A stretch of 50,360 nucleotides of DNA, filler included, from Bipalium vagum (GCA_037834085.1; 3 parts of 3 records of this genome joined end to end with filler, not necessarily neighbours in it); one strand, 5' to 3'; shown: positions 35,795 through 49,960, counted from the first letter of the whole stretch. Notes: generated by a model from the letters alone, not told the origin. Translations and numbers: made by a program.

Positions 35795-38700
35795 ATGATC
35801 TACAATGTATGCATTCCTATTAGTCTTCTGATTTTATGTGTACTTAATGCTCCTGTTACTATCAAAGATACTAATGAAGAAGAAATCCACGATGGGACTG
35901 TAATAATAATCTAATTTTGGTTAATTATATCAAAATATTTATTATAGCTGCCCAGAGTAGAATATGGAAATTATTTGAAGCAAGTCATCGAAGTATTGGA
36001 AACAGATCCAGAATTTAAAAAGAAAATTGAAGCACTGGGTAACGATTCTGATGTGAGCTTCTTGTGATTTGTTATGACTCGTTGTGTTAGTCGATAAATG
36101 CTGAGGAAGTTATAATTTTTATTTTTTGTTAGTCAGATTTATATAAAATTATAATGAAGAATTCAGAAATTAGACGAACATTTATACGAAAAAATTTTTA
36201 AGTATGAATTGCTATTTAGATTCCCGAGGCAATTTTTGGGCCACTACGAAACTGAAATTATTTTAATCTTTATTTTACGGCTTCCATATCGGGCTTAGTT
36301 TTATTTATTTCGTAACAGATAAATCTTAAAGGACTTCATCAGATCTTTATTATAATGTGTTGGTAGTTGTATCAAGATTTTTGTCATTAAATGTTTTTAT
36401 TTTTATTCATTTATCTGGAAAGTACGAAATTTTGTGAAAACACCTCATTTTAATGGGGATCTCTCCAGTTAAGAAAACTGTTAACCGAGGCCGTTACATT
36501 TTGTTCTAGAACTATCACTGACAGGCTTAACCGTGTGATAAATAACTATTTTTGGAATTAATTAGCCTTTTAACGAAATTTTTAAAAAAATTTTTAGGTA
36601 AAAATATTTGTTTATTACATAGTTTGCAATCGATTTAACAAGTTCCAAACGCCAGGTCAACTTGTAAGTCAACGCTGTAGTATTACTAAGCTTAAATTCG
36701 TAATAGTAAATCTTTCGCTTTTGCTGTTTTTTAAATAATCTTTGAAATAATCAAAAGAATATTAAAATCTGAAGCAGTTAAACAAAGCCTTATTATTTTG
36801 TACATAATTATCATTTTTCTTATGAAAATTGTTAAAATGTTTTCTTACAAAAATACCTTACTGTGAAACCTAATTTATTTTTCGAAAACCTCAATCCAAA
36901 AATTTCCAAATTACTAGGGTGAAGCAAAAGTTCGTGCTCCGAATCTGGAGCAGAAATTGAGGTGGTATGTAAAGAAATTTATTAATCGAAACAAAGAAAT
37001 TGGTATTTTGACCAGATAAGAATGCTAGCAGATCGGTGGCGTAAAAACATTCAACCTGATGGACTTTATTTTGAAGAGTAGTGTTATTGTTGTAAATAAA
37101 TATATAATTTTGAGTACGAACTTTTGTATCACTCTAGTACAGTGGTTCTCAACCTAGAGGTGTTATGGTAGGTGTTCAAATCATTACATGTGAAAATTCG
37201 TGTTTTATGATGCTATTAAATAAATAGTTTGATGCTGATTAAACTAGTTCTGTTCACAATTACCTTAGCAACTACAGTTAAGTACTTTATAGGTAATGTT
37301 ATTATCTGATAATCTTATTATAGGTTGATTTTATTAATAAAATTTGTTTTATTAAATATGGTGAGTTATGACTTATTTTTAGTAATATTGACTTTCTTTT
37401 GGGTCGCCAAGATCTTAAAAATGGGGAAATAGATTGTCATAGAAAAGGTTGAGAACCTCCATTCCATTATATTAAATATGGTGTCAGAAGGGAGATAACA
37501 ATTTTTAAATTGAAGTTAGAATAGAAGGATTTGTATATCATCAGATTACAAATGAACTATGAACTTTAGGAGATAAGACGTCATTTACTTATATTTTTCA
37601 ATATTATTGATTATTTAACTTTATTAAAGATATTCAAAAACAGGTCTTCCAACTTTAAATTTGTATTGATTCATTTCTTTTTCCGATTTTTACGCCTATT
37701 TTTATCGTGGGTTACATAATTTCATTACTGCAACTGTTATCATGATTTGTAAAAATTGTTAAGCCTAGAAAGAATTTTTATTGATTATTAGATTAATTAA
37801 AATTTCAAGAAAATGTCTGATTGGGTAAAGATTTATTTCATAATATATATTGTAACTCGATTATACAAACATCACTGTCGCGACAGAAATTCACTTTCCT
37901 TTATTATTTTTGATTAGAATTACTTTTGAGTATTATTAAAAATTATTATTATTTCCTAACAATTGGTTTATAACTCTTAATATATAATAGAAATAACGTA
38001 ATTTTAATATCTGCATTTTTCACAATTTTTACAATCTTGTATTTTTTTATGTTTAAATTGGAATAATAAAGTAGGAAAGTTAAATTGTTTATGTTTATAC
38101 TTTTATGAATTTCTCTGTTTTTCTTCCATGTAACTATTTCATATTATGGATCAATCTAACTAGTGACCCATTTCTTTAAATAATTAGTGAGTTATTTTGT
38201 TCATAAATCTGTTTTTTAATTTTAATATTAATCAAATCAGTTACTACTGGGACAGTGTTTCCAAACTTTGGCGATCAAATGAATTTATGGGCGATGAAAA
38301 TTGAATACAGAGTTAGTGGGTGAGCAACTGTGAGCAAATTAAAATTAATTTTCATAACTTGTATGCATTATGAAAAAAGGACATCTGAGCATTAATATAA
38401 GACTTCTAACTTTTTTGCAAATAAATTCGCAAAAATTACAATCTTGTTTTTAAAAATCTTTTAAGTAGTTGAATGCTGCTCAAAAGCACGATACCATTCG
38501 TCTATTTTACTGTTATAGTATGTTATATATATCTTCTTGGATGTTATAGAAGTCACTGTCGACGCCTTATTTGTATTAATTGCTCTCAAATGTCTTTATC
38601 ACCTTAAAAACTCTTTTACTATCAATTATTTAATACATTTTAAAAAATTATTTTATTATTCCAAATGACAAGCTAATCAATTATATATTCACCACTGTTA

Positions 38701-41700
38701 TCAATTATCGTATTCCAACGTTCTTCATACTTAACGATTCCATTTTTGAAAATGCTAAAATCTTTGGATTTGAAAAAAGTCGTTAATCTAAATTTGACAT
38801 TATCAATATCTTTGAATGATCTTTTCCTCAAATCATGTTCCAGAGACCAGAATAGATAATAATCAGACGGAGTCATGTCAGATGAATATGGATGATGCGA
38901 TATAACATCCCATCCCAGGTGTTTGATAATCGCTTGTGTCATTCTTGTGGAATGAATATTATCCCTTTCGTTTGAAAATTAATTTTTGAAGTAACCGGTC
39001 CAATTGATCATAATAAATTGCAGAATTAATTGTCGGACCAATTTTTAATAGTTCAAAATGAATTATCCCAATATAATCAAATCATAAATATAGAACCTTC
39101 TTTTTATTCTCTTACTGTTAGAATTTGGGTTTCACCTGAAGAGAGTTACTGTTTTTCCATTTATTAGTCTTAAACAAGCTAATTTTTCATCACAGTGATA
39201 ATTATATATAGAAATGGGTAATTTTTCTGTTTTATCAACAAATCATTACAAGTTATTCGACACTGAATTTGTTATTTTCGAAAGATTATGAGGAACAAAA
39301 ATTCTCTTTTTTATTAACTTTGCCAATTTTGTAGGTGTTTTCTTTACAAGCTTTTGTACGCCAGTAAGTCAACATCCAGCTTGGTTGGCCTTTCAGAACG
39401 ATGACCACCAGAAAGTTCAAAGTCACCAGATCCACATTTGTTGGCTTTCGTTGGGCCTCAAAATATTACCTTTATACTGCAGAAATTTCTCTTGTGCTGC
39501 ATTTTTTTCTTTATGGAACAAAAACATCATACAATGCTTCAAATGAGTCTCATTGATTTCTAAATAAATGAAGACAAAATTAATTATAATCTTGAAGAGC
39601 ATGAAATTTACTCTAAAATAAATTAAATTGAACAGACTAATGCATGGCATATAAGGTAATTAACTTTAAATAAGCATATTAAGTGATTGATTAATTTCAG
39701 TTTCACCTGATTAAATCCTGAAAATTATCAAAATTAGGTGAATTTGATACTAAGAATCACACAGCCTGTTTATATTATTTCCAGAATATTAAATTTCTTC
39801 CACAATTATTCAAATAACTTATTTTTAATTAGTGATCACGTGTTCAAACTTCTGTTCATAGGAGCTTTTAGAGTTGAGAAATTGCATATTCTGCTCAATT
39901 ATTTATAATTATTAATTATATAATCGATAATCAATAATAGAATTTTTGTATATTTTGCATAGAAGAATTATATTTAACTAAAACATTTATGATATTAATT
40001 TTTATATGATTCTTATTGATTAAAGTTTTTAAAAATTTATCTTCTGTTAAAAACTTTTCTTTTGACATCCAGATAATGAGTGTCGTAAGTCATTTCGAAC
40101 TGGTTTCGCATAATGTTCGCACAAGGCTCGACGAATTGAAGCGAATTGAACTGAACAGGTTAAACAAAATGGAAGCAAGATTGGAGAAACTTCAACAAAC
40201 CAGTAGTCAAATGTTAAGTAGGGTCGACAAAGACCATGTCAATATAGTTAACAATCACAATTTTGAAAAAGAGGACTTGCGTCGATTGATAGCGAAGGCA
40301 TGGATTTCTTATGATTTTAATGAATTGACTTCACATATGAAATAGACTGTAGAGATTGCAAATAAATTGGATCTTGAGGCCGAAGAAGAGTATCGTCGGT
40401 ACCAAATGGAAAAAGAAATGATGAGAAGATTGAGATTATCGAAAATCAAGTCAAAGGAAATGCGAGAAAAACAAAGATTATTGGACGAGGAAGCCCAACG
40501 AAGACACCGGAATCATCCTGCTGTTCATTACCCGGTAGGTTGAATACTGATGATTTCGCTTAAATCTATCGTTTCTATTATCATTTCATTAAACTTGCAA
40601 AATTATTCAGTGATGTTCTGTGATGTTCTTCGAGTTTAGATGCTGAATATCTTTTCATTTAGTTTTCATTTTATTTTTATAACAATGTTATCACATTTCT
40701 GACTCATAAAAACCGTCATAAATAAAGCAATTTTTTAATCGAAGCAATTTTTTAATCCATAAGAACTTTAAAACAACTAAGTTGTTTTTAATTCATTTTA
40801 ATTTATTGCTATACCCCAAAAACCGGGAATCTCTTAATAAATGATATAGTATTACGTATGGGACACTGTCGAGAAAAACACAAATCGTCGTGCCAGTACT
40901 ACAAAAGCTCAGTTAGTCTACAGAATTAAAGAACTTTTTGAGGCACTTCCAAGGGTAAGTATGAAATCAGCATACTCCAGGTTCCGGAGCGGCATCCATT
41001 ATGTAATAGACGCCAATAGTAGTTATTTTGAATAAAATAATGTAATTTACTTGTGTACTGTATTTCTTTGAAACATAAAATTTTTTAGTTACCAAGAAAT
41101 CTTTCTTTTTCTTGATGAGACTGTCAGATTTATCCCGAACACCCTGTAGTTAAAATTTCAATGTAAAACACTGATTGCTCAATGGTCCTTTAAACTTGTC
41201 TGAAGGAGCTAATGAAAATTGTACAAAACACATTTTTCAAGTGAATTTTCAAATCTTTTTTAACCTTGTATGGCATGTGTTAAGTGAAATGATGTCATTT
41301 AAGGGATAGTACCAATTCAGATTATCTGTGGTGTTAAATATCAATATCTATTACTGAAAAGAGAGTGCTAATTACATTCGTCAAAATTCATGAATGATTT
41401 CAGTGTTCATTTATTTAATAATGATTGGTCGATGTCTTCCTACAAACAATTCCGCTCTCTTTTTCTGCCATCATCATAAAATATACCACTCCAAATTTCT
41501 TATTGTTATTGATAATATAATAAAAATATTGATTTTTTAAGACCTTATTCTAATTTTCCATTCAGGGGACAGAGGAGCAGCTGAAAGAAGTTTGGGAAAA
41601 GGAAGACAAGTTGGATCCAAACTCTTTTAATCCTGTTACCTTCTTCAGGCTTCATGGTTACCTTTTTTTGTAAATCAGTTTATTAAATAGTTTCAATTTT

Positions 41701-44700
41701 CTTTAAAAATTTTTAAAAAAATTAATTTTTTGATAATGGCTTAAAATCTTGAGTTTAATCTATAGTTAATATTGATCATAATACTAGGATGATGCAAAAG
41801 TTCGTGCTAAAAATTATATTATTTATTTACAATTATTACACTACTCTTCAAAATTAAATTCATCAGCTTCAATGATTTTATGCAACCGATCTGCTAGCAT
41901 TCTTACTGGTCGAAGTACCATTTTCTTTGTTTTGATTCGAAAAACTCTTTACAATATAAAATTTCTTTACAAGATTTTTTGAGGACGTTCTTTTGCATCC
42001 CATTAGTTTTAGATTATTGCGAAAGATTTGAAATACCTTTACAACTGTGCAAATTATATTTAAATCATGAATTAATATTGAATTAATTAACATTAAATGA
42101 ATTTTTAAAAATATTCACACTTGTTATAATTTCTTTAAATAGAAATGATATTCGAATCCTATTTCGATATTGCTGGAAGCGAAGGTTTTCAATCAGGGAA
42201 ACTACAAAGGAGATATGTGATATGTTGAAGACGTTGGAGACAACTGTTTCTCATTGGTACAAACGTTTTAGCTGCAATGATACAAACTTTGAAGATCAGC
42301 TCAATCTGGATGGACAATGATGACTGAGGATGAGTCATTATCGAGCAGTATTTGGTGTTGATCACAAAATAGTTTTGAGACACTTTTAGTCACTTGATTA
42401 AGTTCATAAGAAGCAACGTGCAGACTCATATAAAGTAATTAAATCTCAAGTCAATCGACGCTTTGAAATTTAAGAAATCAAAAATTTGTTAACTTATTTT
42501 CTCGTTTGATGAAAAATAGATTTACCTTATAAATTACAACCAACAAAGGAAGTGGGTTGCAAGAGGCCAGGCTTCTCTATCAATCTCAAGCTAAAGTCAA
42601 TTCAGTAAGAAAGTGATGAACTCTGTTTGATAGAATCTTGAAGGCTTTCTTTACTTTTAAATTATTGTTTATTAAAGAGAAGTATCCGATACTGGTTCGT
42701 AGAAACCCGATTCTCTTCCATCAAAACAATGCTAAACCACAGAGGACAAAGAAGAAGCAGAATAAGTTAAAAAAATTGGACGAGGTCGATGTTCTTTCGC
42801 ATTCTCTTACAGCCCAGATGTTGCATCATTGGATTATGGAATCTTTCTATCCATGCAGAACTTCTTACAAGGTCATCGATTCAATTCATTTAATGAATTT
42901 GAAAAATTGTGCAAAAATTTCTTTCAATCAAAGCCCCAGGAATGGTACTTCAAACAGATCAACAAGCTTATAGAAAATTGTCGATAATGATGGAATTTTT
43001 AAAATATATCTGTGCAATTGGTTTTTGTTAAAAAAAGCAGGATAATAATTTTTTTATTACTTTTGTGTAATGTAAATTTTAAATTTAAATGTGAAATTTA
43101 AGAAAAGTTTCAGTTTTAAAAATACTAATCAATAAAACTTAACTGAAAGTAACTGCTAACGTGGTGATCATCACCAGATAATTCCTGAAACATTTCTTGA
43201 ACTGTAAATTTTCAGAATAAACGATAATGTTGAAAAATCTGTGTGCTAATTGGTACTCTAAAAACTGTAAGGAAAACCGGTTTGATAATAAATCAAAACC
43301 ATTTTTTTTTCAAATTTCAATCCTGTCTATTAAACAAAATTATATTTTTAAAATAATGATGATTTATCAAATATAGAAAATCTATTATATCAGTTCATCA
43401 ATTATATGGTTTAGTCAAATAAAATTCATATCTATTAGAAATCAATAAAAAAAAGATTTTGATTTTGTAAATTTAATTAATCAATAAAATCAAATTGAAT
43501 TGTGAAATGTAACAAAATTTCGATAAAACCAATTTCATTTATCAATTTTGAATGAGAAAGATTAAAAACGTTTTGTGTCACTTATTAATATATATTTTCC
43601 GTAGATACCAACGAAGATAGTCATCTAGACATTGCTGAGATTGAAGCCATAATGCAAACGGAGGTAGTTTTCTTTTATTGATATGAATAAATATAACGAA
43701 ATTTTTGCATTATTTTCTTATGGGTACATTATTTCTGTTTAGAAAGTTCTTGGGGTATTTTATATTTATACATAGTTGATCGAAGATAATCAGCAAATAC
43801 TTAAAAATTGGCTGCTTTCACTGAATGTAACTCAACAAGTAATTTGTATGAGAAAAATTGATATGAGAAAAATTCATAAGGCTGGAAAATGAATACCTTT
43901 GAATTGACATAAGAAAAGGACAAAAGGAAAATAACTTTACTAAAATATTATTGAAAGGAATAAAAGAAAGTTTTTGGCATTCCGGATAATTAGTGTAGAT
44001 GAAAATTAAAATTATTTTTGAAATCCTAAATATTCGTTTATCTAGGCCGATATACAATTTAAACATAAAATACGAGTGGATGATATGAGCAAAAAGTATT
44101 TTGTACAATATTCTATTGAATCCAATGGAAACTGTTATTAAAAATTGCAGTGAAAATTCAGTTAAATCTAATTTAATGATAATTTAAGTCAGTTTCATAT
44201 TTTAAAATGTTAATTTTTAAATGACCAAGATTTTATGAGTAAATTTACTTTTTAAACTATTAGAATTATTAGTAATATTCAAAATCGATTTACTCTTTTT
44301 TACGTTATATATTTTTGAATAATTTTACGAGATATTTATTTATTTAAAATGTTTTGATATTTATTTGATATTAAAAATAATAAGTGGAATTTTATTTGAA
44401 ATTTAAAATGTGCTGGTGATTATAAAGTAAAGAGAAAGTTGGAAGATTTAATTACTGAATCAATTAATTAATCAATATAAGTAGTTGATTTAAACAATAT
44501 TTATCAGAAGACTATTGTATAATTGTTATATTTTATCACTGTGGTGCACGAAATGTGCTTACAAAATGCTTCAACATATGTCAAAATTTGTTAAGATCAA
44601 ATATTTCCTTCATGAAGATATTTCACGAAAAATTGTCTATCCTACATGTCAAACTATTCAAAAGTAATCTCTTCACTGATCTAACATCAGAAGTGATAGT

Positions 44701-46384
44701 CCATTGAAATTGTTTGTAAAATCCGTATCTGACTTTAAGTTGGTTTATCAGGACGGTTTTCATTTACCAAGGGAACCAAATAAAATGGGACATAGTTGAT
44801 TCAATTAAGTTGTTTTGCTATTTCTTACTTTAAAAATAGCGAAAAACATTTTAGGCAACCTAATAATATTAAACTTGTTATTAAGATTTTTATTTGAAAA
44901 TTTTATAAAATAAGTTAAAAGTACTTTAAAAATAAATTAAATTTGAAGTCAAGAGTCTTCTAGGAAATGGTACATAATATTTTTTGAGGCAGAAAATTAT
45001 CGACACAAATTTTCATTTCTTCACTATTATTTAATCAGTGTCATTTGGAGAAATATTGATCAAGAAATCTGATAACGAAAAGTTGTCAAGTCTATTTTGC
45101 ATACTAGGTGAAGTTTTTTTTAATCGAAATTGTGGTTTTCTTTTAACCACTCTGAAGAATAATGCTTTAATGATTGACTAAACTAGATTAAGAGGAACTC
45201 AAAATTTCAACTAAATGGCATAATTATAAGAAAAGCAAATCTGATTTATTGTTTCCCTGTTTGACCCATAATTTTTTTTCGTGAAAAATTTTTTTGAGCT
45301 GAAAAAATTTTATTTTGATCAAGCTAGTATTTTCATCTCTCATATTTGTCAGGATAAACCTATTTTAACCAGATTTTCCGATTACTCTAATCATTAATAA
45401 TATCGCTTTAATGATACTGTTGATTTATTTAAAAATTTCGCAAAATTCTTTTGACATCAATTCTAATCTGATGTTTAGCTGAAAAAAGTATATGAAGTCA
45501 ATAATTCTGACGATGATATCGTGGAGATGTACAACGAAATGTTAAGAATGCGAAAAGAGGTTTTCAAAGAAGCGGACACTAACAAAGATCGAATGATTTC
45601 TTTTCCAGAATTTATTCGATGGACAAAATCTGAAGAATTTAAATCTGAAAAAGATTGGAAAGTAAGTCAATTTGTTATAGCTATTAATAATAGTAATACA
45701 TTAATAACATTCTAAATGATTTGATATAGAAAGCATTTTCCATTTACAGATCAGTATAAGATTAAAAATTATTCAATTTTTAATGAATATATAAAATATA
45801 ACGCTACTTTCTTGCCAACTCAATAAAAGCTCGAATTCTTATGTAATCTTATCGATAATATTTTAATAATTGATTTTGTGATGGCTGATCTCATTTTGAT
45901 ATATTTCAAAAAAATATTAAAAAAAATAACAGAAATTAAAATATTTGAAAAATAAAAATAAAGATTTTAAAATGTATAAATTAATATGAAATAAAAAAAA
46001 ATGTTTCACAAATAATATGATTTCGATAAAATATTATCCAAAATAAAATATTTAAAAGAAATATTTGAAAATTAAAATATTGTAAAATTAATAATATTTT
46101 TTGACTGAAAAATGTGTCAACAAAAGAAATATCATAAATGAAATCATGCAACTAAAAATCGTTTAAACTTTTCGATAAGATTTTTCTATTAGACTCAAGG
46201 GGAATTAAATGAATCGCTTTATTCATCAGAAGAATTCGACAAATTCCTTAATGAATTTAAAGGAACACATCCCAATATTACATTAGAGGTTAGTTGATAC
46301 TCTTAATATCACCTTAGTAATATTATTATTTCACCGAAGGATATTGAAAGTTCTACTGTTGGCGAAATAACGAGGTCTTTGTGA
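35795..46384 (+). CDS. NUCB2: Nucleobindin (NUCB1/NUCB2 family; signal peptide, nesfatin-like region, two EF-hands), ~365 aa, 9 coding exons
   Basis: Exons 35795-35899, 35948-36052, 40073-40297, 40346-40534, 41566-41656, 43605-43663, 45479-45661, 46193-46288 and 46340-46384 join in frame. Hallmarks: [108 protein letters not shown]. The last mini-exon is less certain (the alternative is a read-through stop at 46297). NUCB1 vs NUCB2 cannot be distinguished for an invertebrate. Confidence 0.93.
36914..37137 (+). mobile_element. Mariner-derived MITE (224 bp) with TIRs and TA TSD, in NUCB intron 2
   Basis: TA-ctagggtgaagcaaaagttcgtgctc ... gagtacgaacttttgtatcactctag-TA. Interior encodes the transposase C-terminus [26 protein letters not shown]. 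Confidence 0.9.
37140..37461. mobile_element. hAT-type MITE remnant
   Basis: cagtggttctcaacct at 37140 and inverted aggttgagaacc at 37446-37457. No 8-bp TSD evident. Confidence 0.65.
38673..39560 (-). mobile_element. Mariner transposase remnant in NUCB intron 2
   Basis: N-terminal [22 protein letters not shown]; C-terminal [28 protein letters not shown]...[16 protein letters not shown]. Confidence 0.9.
40810..41148 (+). mobile_element. Tc1/mariner superfamily (maT/DD37D-like) 3' remnant in NUCB intron 4
   Basis: [26 protein letters not shown]...[17 protein letters not shown], followed by terminal ...caccctg-TA. Confidence 0.7.
41784..41990 (-). mobile_element. 3' end of the same mariner family as the 36914 MITE, opposite orientation
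   Basis: TA-ctaggatgatgcaaaagttcgtgct TIR and the reverse complement of the ...agaatgctagcagatcggt... segment. Confidence 0.85.
42144..42995 (+). mobile_element. Mariner transposase remnant in NUCB intron 5
   Basis: [12 protein letters not shown]..., [30 protein letters not shown]...[14 protein letters not shown]. Confidence 0.85.
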
Positions 46385-47339
46385 TATATTTATGATTTTT
46401 GTATTTTCAATTTTATTTTACGTGTCTGGTGTTATGTGATCTTAAGCACTGCATTTATTCAGTATTTCTTTGCAATATTTGTCAAATTTGTGATCGTATA
46501 ATTTCTTTATTTTCTTGTTAGCATTATTAAAATATTTTTTGTGAAAATATATAAAATATTTGTTCAATGTGTTCTTAAAATATTTATTATGAAAAATATT
46601 TTATTGGTCTAATTGATTAATTTTCAATTCACAAATGCTATTGAAACCATAGAAGATTCTGATTTTTATTCTTATTAAATATTCTTGAAAAGTCTTATTT
46701 GAACTTTTTATTACATTTGCGTTCAATCTCATTAATAAATGAAATTATTAAATCGTGTGTGTCTGTGAGAGACAATGTAAGATTTACTCATTTTTACTTT
46801 AGGAAGTTCCGGTCTGTTTGAAATGAGATAATTTAGTATAATTCGAGACTAATGGGATTTCAGCTTAATTCCTAATTTAAACCAACGAGCTCAAAGATAT
46901 TGAGTTTCTGCGAAAATATATAGAGAAAAAAGCAGTGAAACTCAACTAAACCAATGTACTGAGCCGATAGGGAAAAATAATATCCGGTAATATAAATTTT
47001 AATTATTATTAAATTTATTTTTCAAAGAATTAATTCAACTTTAATTATTATATGCAAATAAATATTTTTGAATTATTAAACCATAAACCAACCATTTTTA
47101 AGATATCCAAAACATTTTAATTCTAAAATAAGTAAGTGATATATGTAATAAAAATAGTTTTTAGAATAAAGAAAAAAATGATGTAACAAAATTTTGAAAT
47201 ATATAATAAGATTGTAACACATAATGCTTATGAAATTATTTTCATAAAATTTTAGAAAATACGAGGAACGGATAAAAAGTCCTTAAGCTCATACAGAAAT
47301 CGGATTTTATACAATAAATGGTTGTACCAATATATAGGT

Positions 47340-48270
47340 GATTCAATACTGGTTCACCAAATTCAGATCTGGAAAATCAAGCCTTGAAAATAAATCAAAA
47401 GATAGATCTGGAACAGTTCATGACAACAAAGTTTTGAAGGATTTAATTGATCAATAACATTGACAAAACTCACGTGAAATTATAAGGACACTACATGTTC
47501 ACCATACAACAGCTTTGTGTCATCTTCATTCGATTAATAAATTCAAAGTGTTGGAAAAATGAATTCCACTGAAAAAAAATGATGGATGGTTTTGAATCAT
47601 GCTTAGGGCTTCTGAAAAGAACAGAATAGACCCTTTTCTTCATAGAATAGTAACGTGTGACGAAAAATGGATTTCTGAAAAAGATCGTACCAATGTATTG
47701 ACAAAAGTGAATCCTCAAAATCTGTTCCAAAGCCATTTATCAATAAAATGAAGCTCTTGATATCAGTTTGGTGGGTGTTCGAGGTATCATTGATTACTTC
47801 TACTTGTCAACTGATGAAAAGATGATTTCGGATATTTACTGTGATTATTTAGACAAAATGCATACAAAGTTTAAGAAACAGTGGCCTGCATTGTGTAACC
47901 ACAGGGACCTATTTTGTTGCAAGATAACGCCGGACCTTATGTTTTAGTGAAAACTATTCTTAAACTTTCTAATTATTGGAAAGCAACCATATTCGCCTGA
48001 CCTAGCCCAAACTGATTTCCATTTATTAAAGTCTGTTGCTTAATTTCTACAGTAAGAAGTTTTACTAATCAGGAAGATTTGAAAAATGCGGCCTAGCAAT
48101 CTCTTTGTTTTCAAACCCAGCATTTATTTAAATCTGGAATATTATGTACTAACAAAACGCTGGCAGATGTGTGTTGATACTGAAAAAATATTGTATAATG
48201 GTCTTTTTCTCACTTATTTTTGACAGCTAACAGTTATTTAAAAATGATCTTTCATATACACCAACGTAAT
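47340..48270 (+). mobile_element. Mariner transposase remnant with 3' TIR
   Basis: WFTKFRSG, FLHRIVTCDEKW, ISVWW, LLQDNAGP, QPYSPDLAQTDFHL; terminal atctttcatatacaccaacgtaa-TA. Confidence 0.88.
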
Positions 48271-49960
48271 ATCAATATATTTTATAACTCAATAGTCGAT
48301 TCGAGTGTTTCTCTACTATTATTATTATTTAAAATTAAAAGTCCTTTTATTGAAATATTAATATTGTGAGATAAATTGAAAATTAGTCCATGCGCACGTG
48401 AAGGTCCCGAGCTTGAATTCCGGTATCTCCGATTAATTTTCAACTAACAAATATTACATAAACTAACTAAAGCTTTATGTAAATCTAAATCTGCTAGAAT
48501 TTATTTCTTATAATTTAAAGATTTTCCTAAACTAGAAGATTCTTTTACTTCGAAATGTTCAAAATTGGTATCCATTTATTACTTCAATCGTTTTTATTTC
48601 ATAATTACAAACTTAAAATAAAGCATTTAAATAATAATGTTTCTAATAAAATTTTAAAATTTATTATTTCATTTTTATTTAACAAAATTAATAATGTATG
48701 TTTATCATTTTGTTCACTGTTATTACAATTTATTCAATACATTGAATAGCGTATTCTAACACCATAATAGTCTTATAAGTTAGCATTTCGAGAATTCGCC
48801 TATCGAAATATTTTGATTCATTATTTGTCTTATTCAAATTTTGTCTAATTTCACTTTTAATTTCAACTTAAAACCTTACTTTCAAAATTTATTTACTATA
48901 ATGGATATTTTTATTTAATATTGCAACAGTATATTCACTTAATTCAAATTTCTATCCCCTTCTTTAACAATGTTTCTTATTTATTATAAAATTATATTGT
49001 TTATAAATTTAATTCGTAAACGCTATTGGTTATTTAAGTAAAAATTATAAATTGTTAACTTGAAAGTACCCAGTAGAAATTTGTATGGAAAAAAAGTTAA
49101 TGTGAAATTTTAAATGCAGTTCATATTTTTGATTTGTAATAATTTTAAAATGGTAACAACACTGTTATTATATATTTAATTATTAATTTTTGAGGTGCAA
49201 CTTTTTTTGCCGAAATAAATTTAACATTTGAAATTCAGTAAATATTATTATATTGTAAGATACACTAATACTCAGAACATTATTTCATTTATCATTAAAT
49301 TAAAAATTTTCAATTTCAATTTCATAATATATTAACATTCAAATATCATGGTGTCATAAAATAAAATAATGGAAAATATATAAAATTAAGATATCTAAAT
49401 CAACATTCAAAGATTATGACCATTGATTCAATTTCTCAAAACTCCCGTGTTTACCAAAATTGAAATAATAAAAGTTTAGTTTACAAAGAATAATATTTCA
49501 CATTGTATATGATTGGCGCGTAAGTAATGCAAAGAGTTATTTTGTATGGTCAGTTTTATTTACGAAAGAAAGTTTATAATTTGTTTGACATCATTGTGCA
49601 GTCTTCTTTTAGATATTTTGTTATGGTCTAATTTTATTGGCTTTCTACATTTGTTTAAATTAGTCTTGTTTTAGATATCACTTAAAAAGAGTTCTTTCAT
49701 AAGGAATCCAGAGCTTTCATAAAAACTAGCCAGCTGTTAAATATGCTAATGAAGAATATACTTTAGAATAAACTGTTACATTCTTTATTTAATGAATAAA
49801 TTTTGTTAACTTTAAAAAATGCATTACTTATGCGTCAACTTAATATATTACATTATAACCTAATATAAATAAATAAATACAAAAGCACAATAAAAAAATA
49901 TCAAAACTAAATTGCATTGGTATATTTATTGATGAATCAAAAACTACATCAAAAATTTAC

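Noticed and set aside
36305-36342. Minus-strand CTGATGA...CGAAA as a hammerhead ribozyme
   Set aside because: No convincing stem II, no cleavage triplet, no stem I.
48384-48432. tRNA or SINE head (B-box-like ggtcccgagcttgaattccgg)
   Set aside because: No cloverleaf or clear A box; at most a very decayed SINE fragment.
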